Shown: piece after piece, positions 40,401 through 49,772 of the stretch | Layout of the letters: every line of letters begins with the position of its first letter | Numbering within the stretch: the first letter of the stretch is position 1 | Source of the DNA: Promethearchaeota archaeon | Lineage (GTDB): Archaea > Asgardarchaeota > Lokiarchaeia > Sigyniarchaeales > SOKP01 | NCBI GenBank assembly: GCA_016839555.1 | Contig: JAEOUA010000003.1 | Location: 128,001-192,000, forward strand | Length of the DNA stretch: 64,000 nt | Direction of reading: 5' to 3' | Notes under the pieces: model-generated | The model's database searches: none | Seen by the model: only the letters and a program-made list of their open reading frames with translations | Told to the model about the DNA's origin: nothing | Program-made: the position numbers and the translations under genes

Positions 40401-41933
40401 TCTATACATTATACTGCTTCCCGCACTTGTTTTTTCACCTCTTAATGAGATCTCAACGGTTTTTAATTTTTTTAAACAATTTAAAAATAAGTCAACAATC
40501 TCTATTGGGATTTCTCTTATTAAATAATCATTCAACTCTCCTTGAATTTCTTTAGTGGATTTATTTTCTTCAAGTCCGTTTTTCCAAATTCTCCACCAAT
40601 TATCGAAAATACCATGATATTTTAGTTTAGATGATATAAACATTTTTAAAAGGATACCTACAGCAAATATTCTATCCGTATTTCTATCATACTCAACATC
40701 AAAATTGATTCTAATAGGGGAATATCTAGGAATTGAATAGGAATAGATCTGAGTATTTTTTGGATACACTAATCTTTTGTTTTTTAACGCTTTTATTTTT
40801 AGTTTTAAATTTGGTAGTTCGGAATAAAGAGGTTTAGGAATATTATCAATTTTTATTTTATCAAAATTTTTTATTAGATCTCCAATAGTTTTGAAATTGA
40901 ATTCATTTATTAATTGTTGAGCAATCGATTTTGAAGTAAAGGGGATTAATTTTATTGACCAATTTTCGGGGTCATTTTTTTCCTTCATTCCTAATGTTGC
41001 TTTACAATCCTCTATAAATTGACAATATCCACATCCATCATGAATATTTGTTTTAATTTGATTAATTGGACATGGTGATTTTTTCCATAATTCTTTTACA
41101 ACCTTTATTACTTGATTATAAATTCGATTAGCTTCTTTCCAACTGACCAAATTAACTAACTCATTGTTAAATAAATCTTCTATAGAACTAATGGTTTTAA
41201 GTTCCTCCTCTCCCCTCAAAGATAATATCCCATTAAAATTTGCTCTTACATAATAGATATTTTCTAAACCTATATGTTTTAAATAAAAAGCTAGCGTTTT
41301 TAGATAATAAAATATCTCTAAAAAATGCTTTTTACCTACATTCTCTTCATTTGTATATTTAATATCAAAAATCGATATTCCTAATCGTTCATTTTCTTTT
41401 TCTTTTGGAATTTTTTGAATACTCCCATCAGCTAAAATCTCGTACAAAGATTCAACATATTTATTTAATCCATTGCCAATAAAAATTAGATCTGGCCTCT
41501 GAGAGGAATATTCAACAGGAATATCTCTGAATTTTGCTTTATGCATAAAAATAGGATAAAAAAAAGAACGTGGTATTTCGAATTCATATTCTAATAGTAG
41601 GATGAGAGAATTCGAGATATTATTTTTTAATTTTGTGCTGAAATTAATTAAAATATTTGGATATAAATAAGAGTCTTCTATTTCTCCATCATATTCTCTA
41701 AAGTACGTATTGTTCAGTTTTTTTAAGTATGAATAAACAATTTGTTCATATTCTTTTCCTTTTTCTTTTAAGTATTTGGTTTGAAAAATTAATCGTTCAG
41801 GAGGAGTTGAAGGGATTGGCCTTAGTGGATTAAACCATAAATCAGGATGATCTCGACCCAATTCTAAAAATAATCTTCTCTTGCAATTCGTAAGAATATA
41901 ACTTTGTAATAAGATCTTATTAAATTTGGCCAT
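37458..41933 (-). CDS. Dna2-like nuclease-helicase: Cas4/RecB-type nuclease, RNase H-like domain, Upf1-like SF1B helicase
   Basis: N-terminal Cys, RPDL, DIK, CGYCQFIEDC and FDVEYD; helicase motifs GPPGTGKS, DEASQ, GDHNQL.P, NYRSH, PHNAQ, VEKFQGSDRD and NR.NV..SRA. Confidence 0.88.
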   Translation of the reverse strand: MAKFNKILLQSYILTNCKRRLFLELGRDHPDLWFNPLRPIPSTPPERLIFQTKYLKEKGKEYEQIVYSYLKKLNNTYFREYDGEIEDSYLYPNILINFSTKLKNNISNSLILLLEYEFEIPRSFFYPIFMHKAKFRDIPVEYSSQRPDLIFIGNGLNKYVESLYEILADGSIQKIPKEKENERLGISIFDIKYTNEENVGKKHFLEIFYYLKTLAFYLKHIGLENIYYVRANFNGILSLRGEEELKTISSIEDLFNNELVNLVSWKEANRIYNQVIKVVKELWKKSPCPINQIKTNIHDGCGYCQFIEDCKATLGMKEKNDPENWSIKLIPFTSKSIAQQLINEFNFKTIGDLIKNFDKIKIDNIPKPLYSELPNLKLKIKALKNKRLVYPKNTQIYSYSIPRYSPIRINFDVEYDRNTDRIFAVGILLKMFISSKLKYHGIFDNWWRIWKNGLEENKSTKEIQGELNDYLIREIPIEIVDLFLNCLKKLKTVEISLRGEKTSAGSSIMYRFAKVNEDITNESEADLTITTILRLNLVLQMCNIIEDFIVIDINGKYGKYYIGPDTSIFYWSRNQLEHLQDMLQRNLNVVISNTKARAAYEAILMYFTPSDTEVSNPYQHKKLFDVQSFAETCVGFPDIINYTWHSIAKKLFKLNINTKMYWIPHFNFLDLANWLLYLREKDPEKKKKKLNIIRKQIIFKLHVIDQIRSKFQKEGNTALSENARTISRHDYKSAILPSEYHDISHVWYLFSRLNNALQQQDEEYYRTMFPDFSIGKLSSARIQHLEIIDLEGKSLKYKFTLIGLSCNMKIQEGNRVLLIPNSKRGLKIDNRVFKWIISINDIKWDPSIGGYIITTKPTSNNVYNICSEEGIDPVKEEWYIYPISPDSWSNKLYNCRNNNGLLQRENFGQSWLGARLAFLWNLRIKPKLKWPYNWSFTTPSIYLFAPLLLKHFNKQLKEPHLFTKIAPTPDPSQKEAIKNSLYNIISAILGPPGTGKSQTIAAFIDEYVIRRTKQNKSIKILITSFSYAALRVIIDKIRKSKDIFGKQTPSSKLQMIFIHSSTQNPIPKIPKCRDIDDLMKDGNTWKLNGKPRSVTNTILLEESLENNFIIFANAHQLYHLTERVADNFAFDLIFVDEASQMPADYFMSSLQFIKKPKITIEKPTDMLSKKLINDKNLIDPLIIANNKISPESLTKIVIVGDHNQLSPVRVKKPPKNLELILDNVFRYYVEGHNISSKQLKVNYRSHKDIVEFTSLLGLYEDLQAYEQNAKSTLQGNLSNINKLWLKEILLPKRVACSIIHNEQFEIGISLFEAQIVAEIVKGFYIMVAPSNRKEEIRFWSEQVGVVAPHNAQGRTIIRKLYNLFKLFTKLSRSKLMQLLKDTVYSVEKFQGSDRDLIICSIGLSDEDKLQMEDDFIYNLNRFNVLTSRAKNKLIFISSDKFIQYIPNERELIKNSSKIYMYVEEFCNKELPLQIKNKFNNIIQEVRLRYKE

Positions 41934-42289
41934 AAATCAAATCTTAATTTTTATAGTATTAATTTAATACCTAGCTTTTGATTTATAATATAGGACTTAG
42001 TAAGTTTATTGTTAAAAATAAAGAAAAATAATAGGAAATCAACATATAGATTTCTTTTTATGAAAATTTGTTTATTTATTTGTAGAACTCATTAATTCCG
42101 TAATGAAAGCTTTAAGATTATGTCTATTTTAACTCAGAAATAAGGCTTGGTCTTGATAATATGCATTTATGATATTTATATTTCATAATCTTTAATTTCT
42201 TTCTATTCTAGTGAATATTTTTAAGCTTGGTCACACAGAGTACTTCGTAATATTTATATATGATGGCTGATTTGTTATTTTTAATAAAG

Positions 42290-42308
42290 TACTTTGTATA
42301 ATAAAGTA
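42290..42308. promoter_or_regulatory. Inverted repeat, candidate operator for the downstream wHTH operon
   Basis: TACTTT-N7-AAAGTA, overlapping the palindrome AAAGTACTTT, about 140 bp upstream of the first gene. Confidence 0.4.
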
Positions 42309-42446
42309 ATAAGAAAGATTATTCTACATATTATTAATAAATAGTTCTAATCACATTTAGGATATATTTTTTTAATATCTAAGAATGAAATAAAAATGAA
42401 AATTAAAAAGGATAGTTGAATTCAAATTTAGAAGTGATATATAAAA

Positions 42447-42692
42447 ATGAAAAAATTGGAATTTCGACTATTTAGGGCATTAATGGTAATACTCTTAATA
42501 ATCATCACACTCTCATATCTAATAAGATTCATAGATGGAGAGGCAATTACCTTTCAAGGGTTTATTTCTTGCCTGAATATTCCTTTAATTGCCCTATGCT
42601 TAATCTTATCAGCGACTTTAATAAGAAAAAGAGAAGAACTAAATATCAAAAATAATCAATATTCTAAATCTAAATTTAAACGAGGTGTATAA
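42447..42692 (+). CDS. Small membrane protein
   Basis: Two hydrophobic segments. Confidence 0.6.
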   Translation: MKKLEFRLFRALMVILLIIITLSYLIRFIDGEAITFQGFISCLNIPLIALCLILSATLIRKREELNIKNNQYSKSKFKRGV

Positions 42693-42696
42693 AAAA

Positions 42697-42954
42697 ATGT
42701 GGAATAATATTAAAAAAGAAGTTTTAATATCCATCGGAATGTTTTCTTTGGTTATTGCTATTTTTTTAGATAGATTTGGTCCAGATTTCGGGATAATAGA
42801 TTTCTTAGTGGGTTTATTTACAGGGTTGTCAGCAGCTCTTAACCTTGGATATCTTATTAGATTGCGACTAGAACGTAATAATAATCCAAACTTAACCAAA
42901 ATTAAAAACAAATCCGATGAAATAAATAAACAAAATGCAAATAAAAATGAATAG
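42697..42954 (+). CDS. Small membrane protein
   Basis: Two hydrophobic segments; ATG follows GAGGTG. Confidence 0.65.
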   Translation: MWNNIKKEVLISIGMFSLVIAIFLDRFGPDFGIIDFLVGLFTGLSAALNLGYLIRLRLERNNNPNLTKIKNKSDEINKQNANKNE

Positions 42955-42974
42955 AAAACTGAAAGGTGAAAAAA

Positions 42975-43661
42975 ATGGTTGAAAATATAGATTTAAAAGC
43001 TCTGGAAAAAAAGGCTTTTAGATCTACCTATGAAGATGGCTTATGGGATATATTTTTTGGAATGATTTTTTTAGGATTGGGTATCCTTTGGACATTTTCC
43101 TTTTCTAATATATTGATAGGATTTATTATTCAAATTATAATTAGTATCTCTGCTGTAATATTACTTAAACTATTAAAAAAATATATTACAACACCGAGAT
43201 TAGGGAATGTAAAATTCAGTGAAAAGCGTAAAGTAAAGAAAATTAGATTAAAGATTTTTTTAGTTATTTTTGTGGTTATCAATATTATTGTACTTATTTT
43301 AACTATAAACAATCTATTCAAATTAATAGATTTAGAAGGAATATATGTGTTATTAATTATTGGAGTTTGTTTTGTCTCAATTCCATTTATAATCGTCGCT
43401 TATTTTTTGGATTTTAAAAGATTATATTTTATAGCAATTATGGGCGGTTTTTGTTTTTTTATTTTTGGGATTTTGGATGAAATTCTTGGAAATCCTTGGA
43501 GTAGTATTTTTTCTTTCGTTTTATTGGGTATTGGTGTTATAATATGGGGAGTAATTTTGTTTTATAAGTTTTTAAATACATATCCATCTCAACATAGAAA
43601 GAGTAATGAAAAGATTGGAGATAATAATTATGAAATGAAGTTCATGGAAGGAAATGAATAA
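42975..43661 (+). CDS. Multi-pass membrane protein, paralog 1
   Basis: LEKKAFRSTYEDGLWDI, ITTPRLG.VKF; about six TM segments. Confidence 0.8.
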   Translation: MVENIDLKALEKKAFRSTYEDGLWDIFFGMIFLGLGILWTFSFSNILIGFIIQIIISISAVILLKLLKKYITTPRLGNVKFSEKRKVKKIRLKIFLVIFVVINIIVLILTINNLFKLIDLEGIYVLLIIGVCFVSIPFIIVAYFLDFKRLYFIAIMGGFCFFIFGILDEILGNPWSSIFSFVLLGIGVIIWGVILFYKFLNTYPSQHRKSNEKIGDNNYEMKFMEGNE

Positions 43662-44292
43662 ATTGAATGATGAAAAACTCAATTTGAAGGAACTTGAAAA
43701 AAAAGCATATCGCTCCACTTTTCAGGATGGTATTTGGGATATTTATTTAGGCATTATAATATTAGGATTGGCTCTCTCAACCATAGGAACATTATTTGGA
43801 TTAGATTCTATTATATCCATGTTATTTATCTTGCCTTTAGTTTATTCTATAGCAATTGCTGTTTTGATACTAGGAAAAAAGAAAATAACAGTTCCAAGGA
43901 TAGGATATGTAAAGTTCGGATTGAAAAGGCAGAGGAGGAAAAAGGAATTATTAATATTTTTATCTATTATTTTTATTATTAATGTAATTATCTTTCTACT
44001 TTCTAATCTTGAAATAGTAGATATTGGAGGGTTATTGATATTAACTATAATAATAATAGTTATACCATTAAGTATTGTTGCCTATTTATTAGACTTTAGA
44101 AGATTATATTTAATCGCTCTCTTAATTGGAATTGGGATCTATACAAGTATTGAGTTTGTTGATATACTTGGTTATCCTTTAAGCCCAATTCTGAGTTTTG
44201 GAATCATAGGAGGTGTTATTATTTTCTGGGGAATCTATTATTTAATTAAATTTCTTAAAAAATATCCAATTGTGGAACAAAATTCCGAATAA
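43654..44292 (+). CDS. Multi-pass membrane protein, paralog 2
   Basis: LEKKAYRSTFQDGIWDI, ITVPRIG.VKF; tandem duplicate of the preceding gene. Confidence 0.8.
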   Translation: MNKLNDEKLNLKELEKKAYRSTFQDGIWDIYLGIIILGLALSTIGTLFGLDSIISMLFILPLVYSIAIAVLILGKKKITVPRIGYVKFGLKRQRRKKELLIFLSIIFIINVIIFLLSNLEIVDIGGLLILTIIIIVIPLSIVAYLLDFRRLYLIALLIGIGIYTSIEFVDILGYPLSPILSFGIIGGVIIFWGIYYLIKFLKKYPIVEQNSE

Positions 44293-44302
44293 GGAGATAA
44301 GA

Positions 44303-44650
44303 ATGGCTGAAAAAAAGGATTCGGAGGAGATCTTATTACCTAAATTTAGTGAGGAAGATAAATTCATCCATCAATCAGCTCGTTTAAGGCTTATCTCTTT
44401 ATTATATGTAATTGAGGAAGCAGACTATGTATTTTTGAAAAACCAGACAGGACTTACTTGGGGAAATTTATCATCTCATATGGAAAGGTTGGAAGAAAAA
44501 GGATTTGTAGATGTAAAAAAGGAGTTTAAAGGTAAAAAACCTCAAACAACTGCTAAATTAAATGAATATGGAAAGAAAGCATTTGAAGCATATCGTCAAA
44601 AAATTAAAATGATGGATAAATTGTTGAAAAATGCAGATTCTAATTCCTGA
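44303..44650 (+). CDS. Winged-helix transcriptional regulator (ArsR/MarR-like)
   Basis: IH..ARL....L, LT.GNLSSH...LE..G.V...K.F.GKKP.T. Confidence 0.88.
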   Translation: MAEKKDSEEILLPKFSEEDKFIHQSARLRLISLLYVIEEADYVFLKNQTGLTWGNLSSHMERLEEKGFVDVKKEFKGKKPQTTAKLNEYGKKAFEAYRQKIKMMDKLLKNADSNS

Positions 44651-44736
44651 AAAAGGGTAGATTACATATTTTATAATCAAAAAACTAAAAGATTTATTTC
44701 AGAATATAAGAAACCAAAGAGAAGGATACTTAAAAA

Positions 44737-45339
44737 TTAAGAGCTTTTTTCTTCTGCTATATCTTTTTTAGCGCCTTTAGTTTTTTTCTCTTCATAAAAG
44801 TCCTCAATATCTTCGCTAATCCACTCTTCTTTCCCTAAAAATGGGCTTCTCATAGAGAGCCCTAACTTTCCACTTCTGCCCCCTCCCAAAGATACCGCTA
44901 TCACTTTCGCTCTTATAGTATCATTCACTTCTAATATTTTTCCTGTTTCCTTTCCAATAAATCTATTCCCTACTTGTTCATACGAGATGTAATCATCACA
45001 TATTTGACTCACATGAACAAGGCCATCTAATGGCCCTAAGCGAATAAAAGCACCAAAATCTACGATTTCCACCACATTTCCTTCTACAATTTCTGATACA
45101 GTAGGTTTGAAGGTTAAAATCGTAAATTTTACTTCATGAAAAGTATTGGCGTTTCCAGGAATAATTTGCCCCGAAGAAACAGAAATCACATCCACCACAG
45201 CTATAATAAAACCATATTCACGAGTGATAACACCTTCATAATCCTCACTTAAAATGATTCTGGCTGATGTGGTTTTATCTTGATGGAAAAGAAATGGAGG
45301 GATTTCAATCTTCCCTTCAATACTTATCAGCTTAAACAT
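44737..45339 (-). CDS. rpoE1: RNA polymerase subunit E' (Rpo7)
   Basis: IPP..F, EG.VVEIVDFGAFIRLGP.DGLVHVSQI, RAKVIAVS and MR.PFLGK.EW. Confidence 0.95.
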   Translation of the reverse strand: MFKLISIEGKIEIPPFLFHQDKTTSARIILSEDYEGVITREYGFIIAVVDVISVSSGQIIPGNANTFHEVKFTILTFKPTVSEIVEGNVVEIVDFGAFIRLGPLDGLVHVSQICDDYISYEQVGNRFIGKETGKILEVNDTIRAKVIAVSLGGGRSGKLGLSMRSPFLGKEEWISEDIEDFYEEKKTKGAKKDIAEEKSS

Positions 45340-45522
45340 CTTATTATAAAGAATTATAAAGAATTTTTTTATAAAGAAATAAAATTTAGATGAATTGGTT
45401 AAGGAATTATAGAATTAATATTTTGTGATTTTATTATTTTTAATATAGATTTTGAACAAAAAATTACAGAAATTGTTCTAAATCTTCAAAATTTCACTAT
45501 TTTGTAAAATAATTATTTCTTT

Positions 45523-45852
45523 TTAGGTTTTTGTGTTTTTTTTTTTGGACAACTTATATAATTTAAAATTTAAATATTCAAGATCTTGCTCTAAGGAATG
45601 AATTTCCACATTGAGTGCCTTTAATATTTCATTTCCAAACACCTTCATATCTTTATCAACAATCATATGCTCTCCCAAATCTTTTAGTATTGATTTCTCA
45701 ATTTTATCAAAAATATATATTAATTGATAATCTTTTTCAGTTTCGTATAATATCTCGAATCCGGTTGCCCCATTTAAAACTTTCTTTTTAATTTCAATAA
45801 CTTTGTTTAATTTAGCTTGTTTGGTGGCAATTGTATTTTTTATAAAATCCAT
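45523..45852 (-). CDS. Hypothetical protein
   Basis: 109-aa ATG ORF with no recognised motif. Confidence 0.65.
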   Translation of the reverse strand: MDFIKNTIATKQAKLNKVIEIKKKVLNGATGFEILYETEKDYQLIYIFDKIEKSILKDLGEHMIVDKDMKVFGNEILKALNVEIHSLEQDLEYLNFKLYKLSKKKNTKT

Positions 45853-45965
45853 TCTTTTATAAATAATCCCCTTTTTTCATTATAGAATAATACCTCAAAA
45901 TCTTTATCGGTTCATTCTTTTTAACATTATGGAAAAAGATAATCAAAGGGATTTATAAACATATA

Positions 45966-46541
45966 ATGAAAATTTCTGTGGATGTTGATGGTGTTTTATT
46001 TGATATAATGATATTATATTGTAAGATATTTAATAAAAGATATAAAACAGATTATAATAAAAAACATGTTATTCAATGGGATTTTTTTATTGATTGGAAT
46101 ATTGAAAGGGAAGATGCTTTTGCGATTTTTCGCGAAATTTATGAAACCCCCGCCCATGTTCCATTAACAGATCAAAATGCCCCTCAAATTCTTGAAAAAT
46201 TGAACAAAGATAATAAAATAGATATTGTATCAGCAAGAACCAAAAAATTTAGACCACAACTTGAAAAGGAACTTTCAGTTCATGGAATTGAAAAAGGAAG
46301 GCACTATGATAAATTAATTCTAGTAGATGATACTCCTAAGGATATTAAACTTCAGCTAAAATATGATATTTACATAGATGACAATCCTTTTTTAGCAGAT
46401 GCAATAAAAAATGTTAAAAACTCAACTCTCCTCTTATATGAACAGCCTTGGAATCGAATGGTTAAAACCTGTTTTAATATAAAGAAAGTAAGTAATTGGA
46501 AAGAAATATTTGAGTATTTTACCCAATTGAAAGACGATTAA
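45966..46541 (+). CDS. HAD-family 5'(3')-nucleotidase-like protein
   Basis: DVDGVL, IVSAR, YIDDNP and PWN. Confidence 0.85.
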   Translation: MKISVDVDGVLFDIMILYCKIFNKRYKTDYNKKHVIQWDFFIDWNIEREDAFAIFREIYETPAHVPLTDQNAPQILEKLNKDNKIDIVSARTKKFRPQLEKELSVHGIEKGRHYDKLILVDDTPKDIKLQLKYDIYIDDNPFLADAIKNVKNSTLLLYEQPWNRMVKTCFNIKKVSNWKEIFEYFTQLKDD

Positions 46542-46566
46542 TAAGGTAAAAATAAGAAGAGGTAAA

Positions 46567-46938
46567 TTAAATAAGTTCGGCTATTTTTTCTGTTGTTCTT
46601 TTACAATCTAGAAAAATTAGACCTAATCTGACATCTTTTGTCGTAGAAACAGTTAAAACTGCATTAGGTCCTGCCTCTAAGACCAATAATATTCCATCAT
46701 TTCCCTTCACCATTATTTGCTCAAGGTCGCCTTTTTGCATCTCGTGCGCTGCTCTCTCGCCAAGGGATAAAATAGCTGCAGTCATAGCAGCTATTCTAGT
46801 CTCGTCAATTCCTTGAGGTAGAGCTGAGGCGATTGGCAGACCCTCAACAGAGACAATTGCTGCTGCTTTTACTTCTGGTATCGAGGCTAAAAGACTTTTG
46901 AGGATGCTATCTAAGGTCTCTCCAGTACTTTCTTCCAT
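46567..46938 (-). CDS. Roadblock/LC7 (MglB-like) protein
   Basis: AAAIVSVEGLPIASALP...DETRIAAMTAAILSLGER. Confidence 0.93.
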   Translation of the reverse strand: MEESTGETLDSILKSLLASIPEVKAAAIVSVEGLPIASALPQGIDETRIAAMTAAILSLGERAAHEMQKGDLEQIMVKGNDGILLVLEAGPNAVLTVSTTKDVRLGLIFLDCKRTTEKIAELI

Positions 46939-47186
46939 AATATTCTCCAAACAATTTTATTTAAAATTAAACTCAAGATTATGATTAATTTTATAGTATT
47001 TATAGTTATAGTAATATTTATTTTTTATTTTTTTTTATTTTTATATATCGTTTCAAGATAAAAATCTCACGTCTAAAATTAAAAAAATTTTCATCCAAAG
47101 ATAAAATATATCTATTTTAATTTATGATAGAATTTTTTTTGAAAGTAACTTTCTGTATATTAATTTTAATTTTACATTTTAATATT

Positions 47187-48344
47187 ATGGATTATTGGAA
47201 TCTAGTTGCCGCTTTATATGAGATAGCTTTGGTACTAATTTTATATATTGTCGCATCTATAATGATTTATATAGGAATTCGAGGAATTAATGTAAACAAA
47301 GGAAAGAGAAAAAACATTTATGGAAGCGTTTCTACATTGATATGTGGCATTTCATGGGTTTTTTTTGCATTTTATAATTCTTTTGTTGGTCTTTTTACTT
47401 ATCCTTATGATGGATTTATGGTTTGGTGGATTGGGGTTATTTTTATTATTTTTGCGTCCTTCGGTCTTCTGGTAAGAAAGGTTTCACATAGTACGGATTT
47501 TAAGGAGGCAACTCATTCTGATCAAGAATTATCAAAAATCGAACTTTTTATTAAGAAAATACGGAGAAAGGAGACATATAAAGATGAAATCCCAATTAAG
47601 ATGGAAATAATTCGTAAAAGCTTTCATTTAACTGGGCTTATCTTTATAGTGGGGTATTTTGGCTGTTATTGTATTCCTCCTCTTACTTTATTAGCAAATA
47701 AAGGAATATATGTTTTTATTCATTGGACCAAACCAATATATAATGTGTTATGGGGTGATATCAGCAATTATCCCTATCCGTTTGATGGTATTGACGCGAT
47801 TAATGCAATTATAACACTTGGGTTATTGGGAGCTTTTTTTTTTATGATCAATTCAGACTTAATACGAGTGCTTTTGGGCCCAGAATATTCCATTTTTCAC
47901 TTCTTAACACGTTCCACCCTTAGAAATGAAGAATATGAAGCGGTTGGACCGCAAATCTATTTAATTACAGGTGCAATTTTTGGCTATATTTTATTTTTAA
48001 TGGGTATAATCGATATTTTATCATATATAGCTGGTCTGAGCTGTAGTTGTTTTTCTGATGCATTAGCAGCCTTAGTGGGGAGAATATGGGGCGATAAAAG
48101 TGTTAATTGCCGCGGTGGGCAAAAAAAAACAGTAGAAGGTTTTATTGCAGGGACGGGAAGCGCGTTTGCATTTTGCTTAATAATTGTGGGCCCGATTTAT
48201 GCAATTATTGGTACTTTAATCTTCTTATTAATCGATTATTTATCTCTTCATATTTCAGATAATATATTAAATCCGATATTTATACCTTTAGGAATTACAA
48301 TTTTATATTGGATTATACAAATTCCCATCGGATGGTCATTTTAA
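47187..48344 (+). CDS. Polyprenol/phytol/dolichol kinase family membrane protein
   Basis: RKSFH, SDALAALVG..WG, KKTVEG..AG and DNI..P. Confidence 0.8.
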   Translation: MDYWNLVAALYEIALVLILYIVASIMIYIGIRGINVNKGKRKNIYGSVSTLICGISWVFFAFYNSFVGLFTYPYDGFMVWWIGVIFIIFASFGLLVRKVSHSTDFKEATHSDQELSKIELFIKKIRRKETYKDEIPIKMEIIRKSFHLTGLIFIVGYFGCYCIPPLTLLANKGIYVFIHWTKPIYNVLWGDISNYPYPFDGIDAINAIITLGLLGAFFFMINSDLIRVLLGPEYSIFHFLTRSTLRNEEYEAVGPQIYLITGAIFGYILFLMGIIDILSYIAGLSCSCFSDALAALVGRIWGDKSVNCRGGQKKTVEGFIAGTGSAFAFCLIIVGPIYAIIGTLIFLLIDYLSLHISDNILNPIFIPLGITILYWIIQIPIGWSF

Positions 48345-48398
48345 AAAAATTTAATTGAATATTATATTTTATTTTAAAAAAATAATCTAAATCCACAT

Positions 48399-49241
48399 AT
48401 GACTGCTTTAATTGATGATTTAAAGAGATTGAAATTAGCCATTTTTGATTTAGATGGTGTTGTGTATAGGGGCAACAAATTAATTCCCAATGTTGATCAA
48501 ATTATCAAAAGATTAAATAATCTTTCAATACAAGTCGTTTATAATTCAAATAATTCAACTGCTACACGTGAAATGTATGTAAAAAAATTAAAAAAGTATA
48601 ACATTTCTAGTAATATCAATGATTTTTATACAAGCGCGTCAATAACCGCCACAGAAATCACAAAATTAAAACAAAAAGCAAAAATATTTATAATTGGAGA
48701 AATAGGTCTAAAGAAAGAGCTTGAAGCGAAGGGGCATACAATCCTTACAGAGAGAGATAATTTTGAAGTTGTTGATTTTGTAATTGTTGGACTTGATAGA
48801 GATTTTAATTATAATAAGTTATCAATTGCACAGAGATGTATTTTAGATGGAAATGCATTGTTTTATGCTACGAATTCGGATACAACCTTACCAGTAGCAG
48901 AGAGACTAATGCCTGGTGCGGGGGTTATGGTGAATGCTGTAGAAACATGCACCTCTCAGAAGCCGATAAAGATTTTTGGTAAACCAAATCCTTTTGGAAT
49001 TAATTTAATTTTAGAAGAAAGAAATACAGAACCCGAATTTGCATGTATTTTTGGAGACAGATTAAATACAGATATTCTTGCAGGTAATAGAGCAGGCATC
49101 ATTACTGTGGCAGTGTTAACTGGAGTAGCTACTTTAGAGGACGTTGAGAATATTAAAAAAAATTCATTGTTATCAAAAAAAGTAGATAGAAATTTAATAC
49201 CAGATATAATTCTAAATAGTTTAGATAATATTTTTATATAA
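48399..49241 (+). CDS. HAD-IIA (NagD-like) hydrolase
   Basis: FDLDGV, NNS, TN.D, GKP and GDRL.TDI. Confidence 0.92.
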   Translation: MTALIDDLKRLKLAIFDLDGVVYRGNKLIPNVDQIIKRLNNLSIQVVYNSNNSTATREMYVKKLKKYNISSNINDFYTSASITATEITKLKQKAKIFIIGEIGLKKELEAKGHTILTERDNFEVVDFVIVGLDRDFNYNKLSIAQRCILDGNALFYATNSDTTLPVAERLMPGAGVMVNAVETCTSQKPIKIFGKPNPFGINLILEERNTEPEFACIFGDRLNTDILAGNRAGIITVAVLTGVATLEDVENIKKNSLLSKKVDRNLIPDIILNSLDNIFI

Positions 49242-49772
49242 TTTGTTTAAAGTGAATAAAAATTTTTTTTTATATTATTAATATATTAATGTTTTTCTCT
49301 CTTCTCAAATTTTTATTCCCAAAGCACGCTAGTATCAAAATTTTTTAAGAATTTCCTAATGGAACCTTTATTCCATTTTTAAATTTATAAAAATTGTTTC
49401 TTATTAATAAGGTAATAATCAATTTTGAAAATATCTATGAGTTTACTACTATTTTGAAATTTTTTCGAAATCATTATTAACCAATAAATATTCATAGCCA
49501 CTAATATCCGACAAAAAAGAAGAAGAGAGTTATCTTCATATTTTTTAGGAAATAACTGCAAAGAGTATTTTAAATCATTAATATAATAAAACTATAAGAA
49601 TCCTTCTTGTAATAAACTAGATTCAAAAAAAACTTCAATTTATAAAAAGAATTTAAATAGTTCTTAGATAAGTGGGAAAATAAATCTATTTTTATTTCCC
49701 AAAATTTAATTTTTATTTATTAATCATTTAATAAAAATGTTAATGAGTAAATATCTCCAGTGAATATTTTTC

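Noticed and set aside
41000-41933. Cas4-like domain as evidence of CRISPR-Cas
   Set aside because: No repeat-spacer array or other cas genes seen, and the domain is fused to a helicase.
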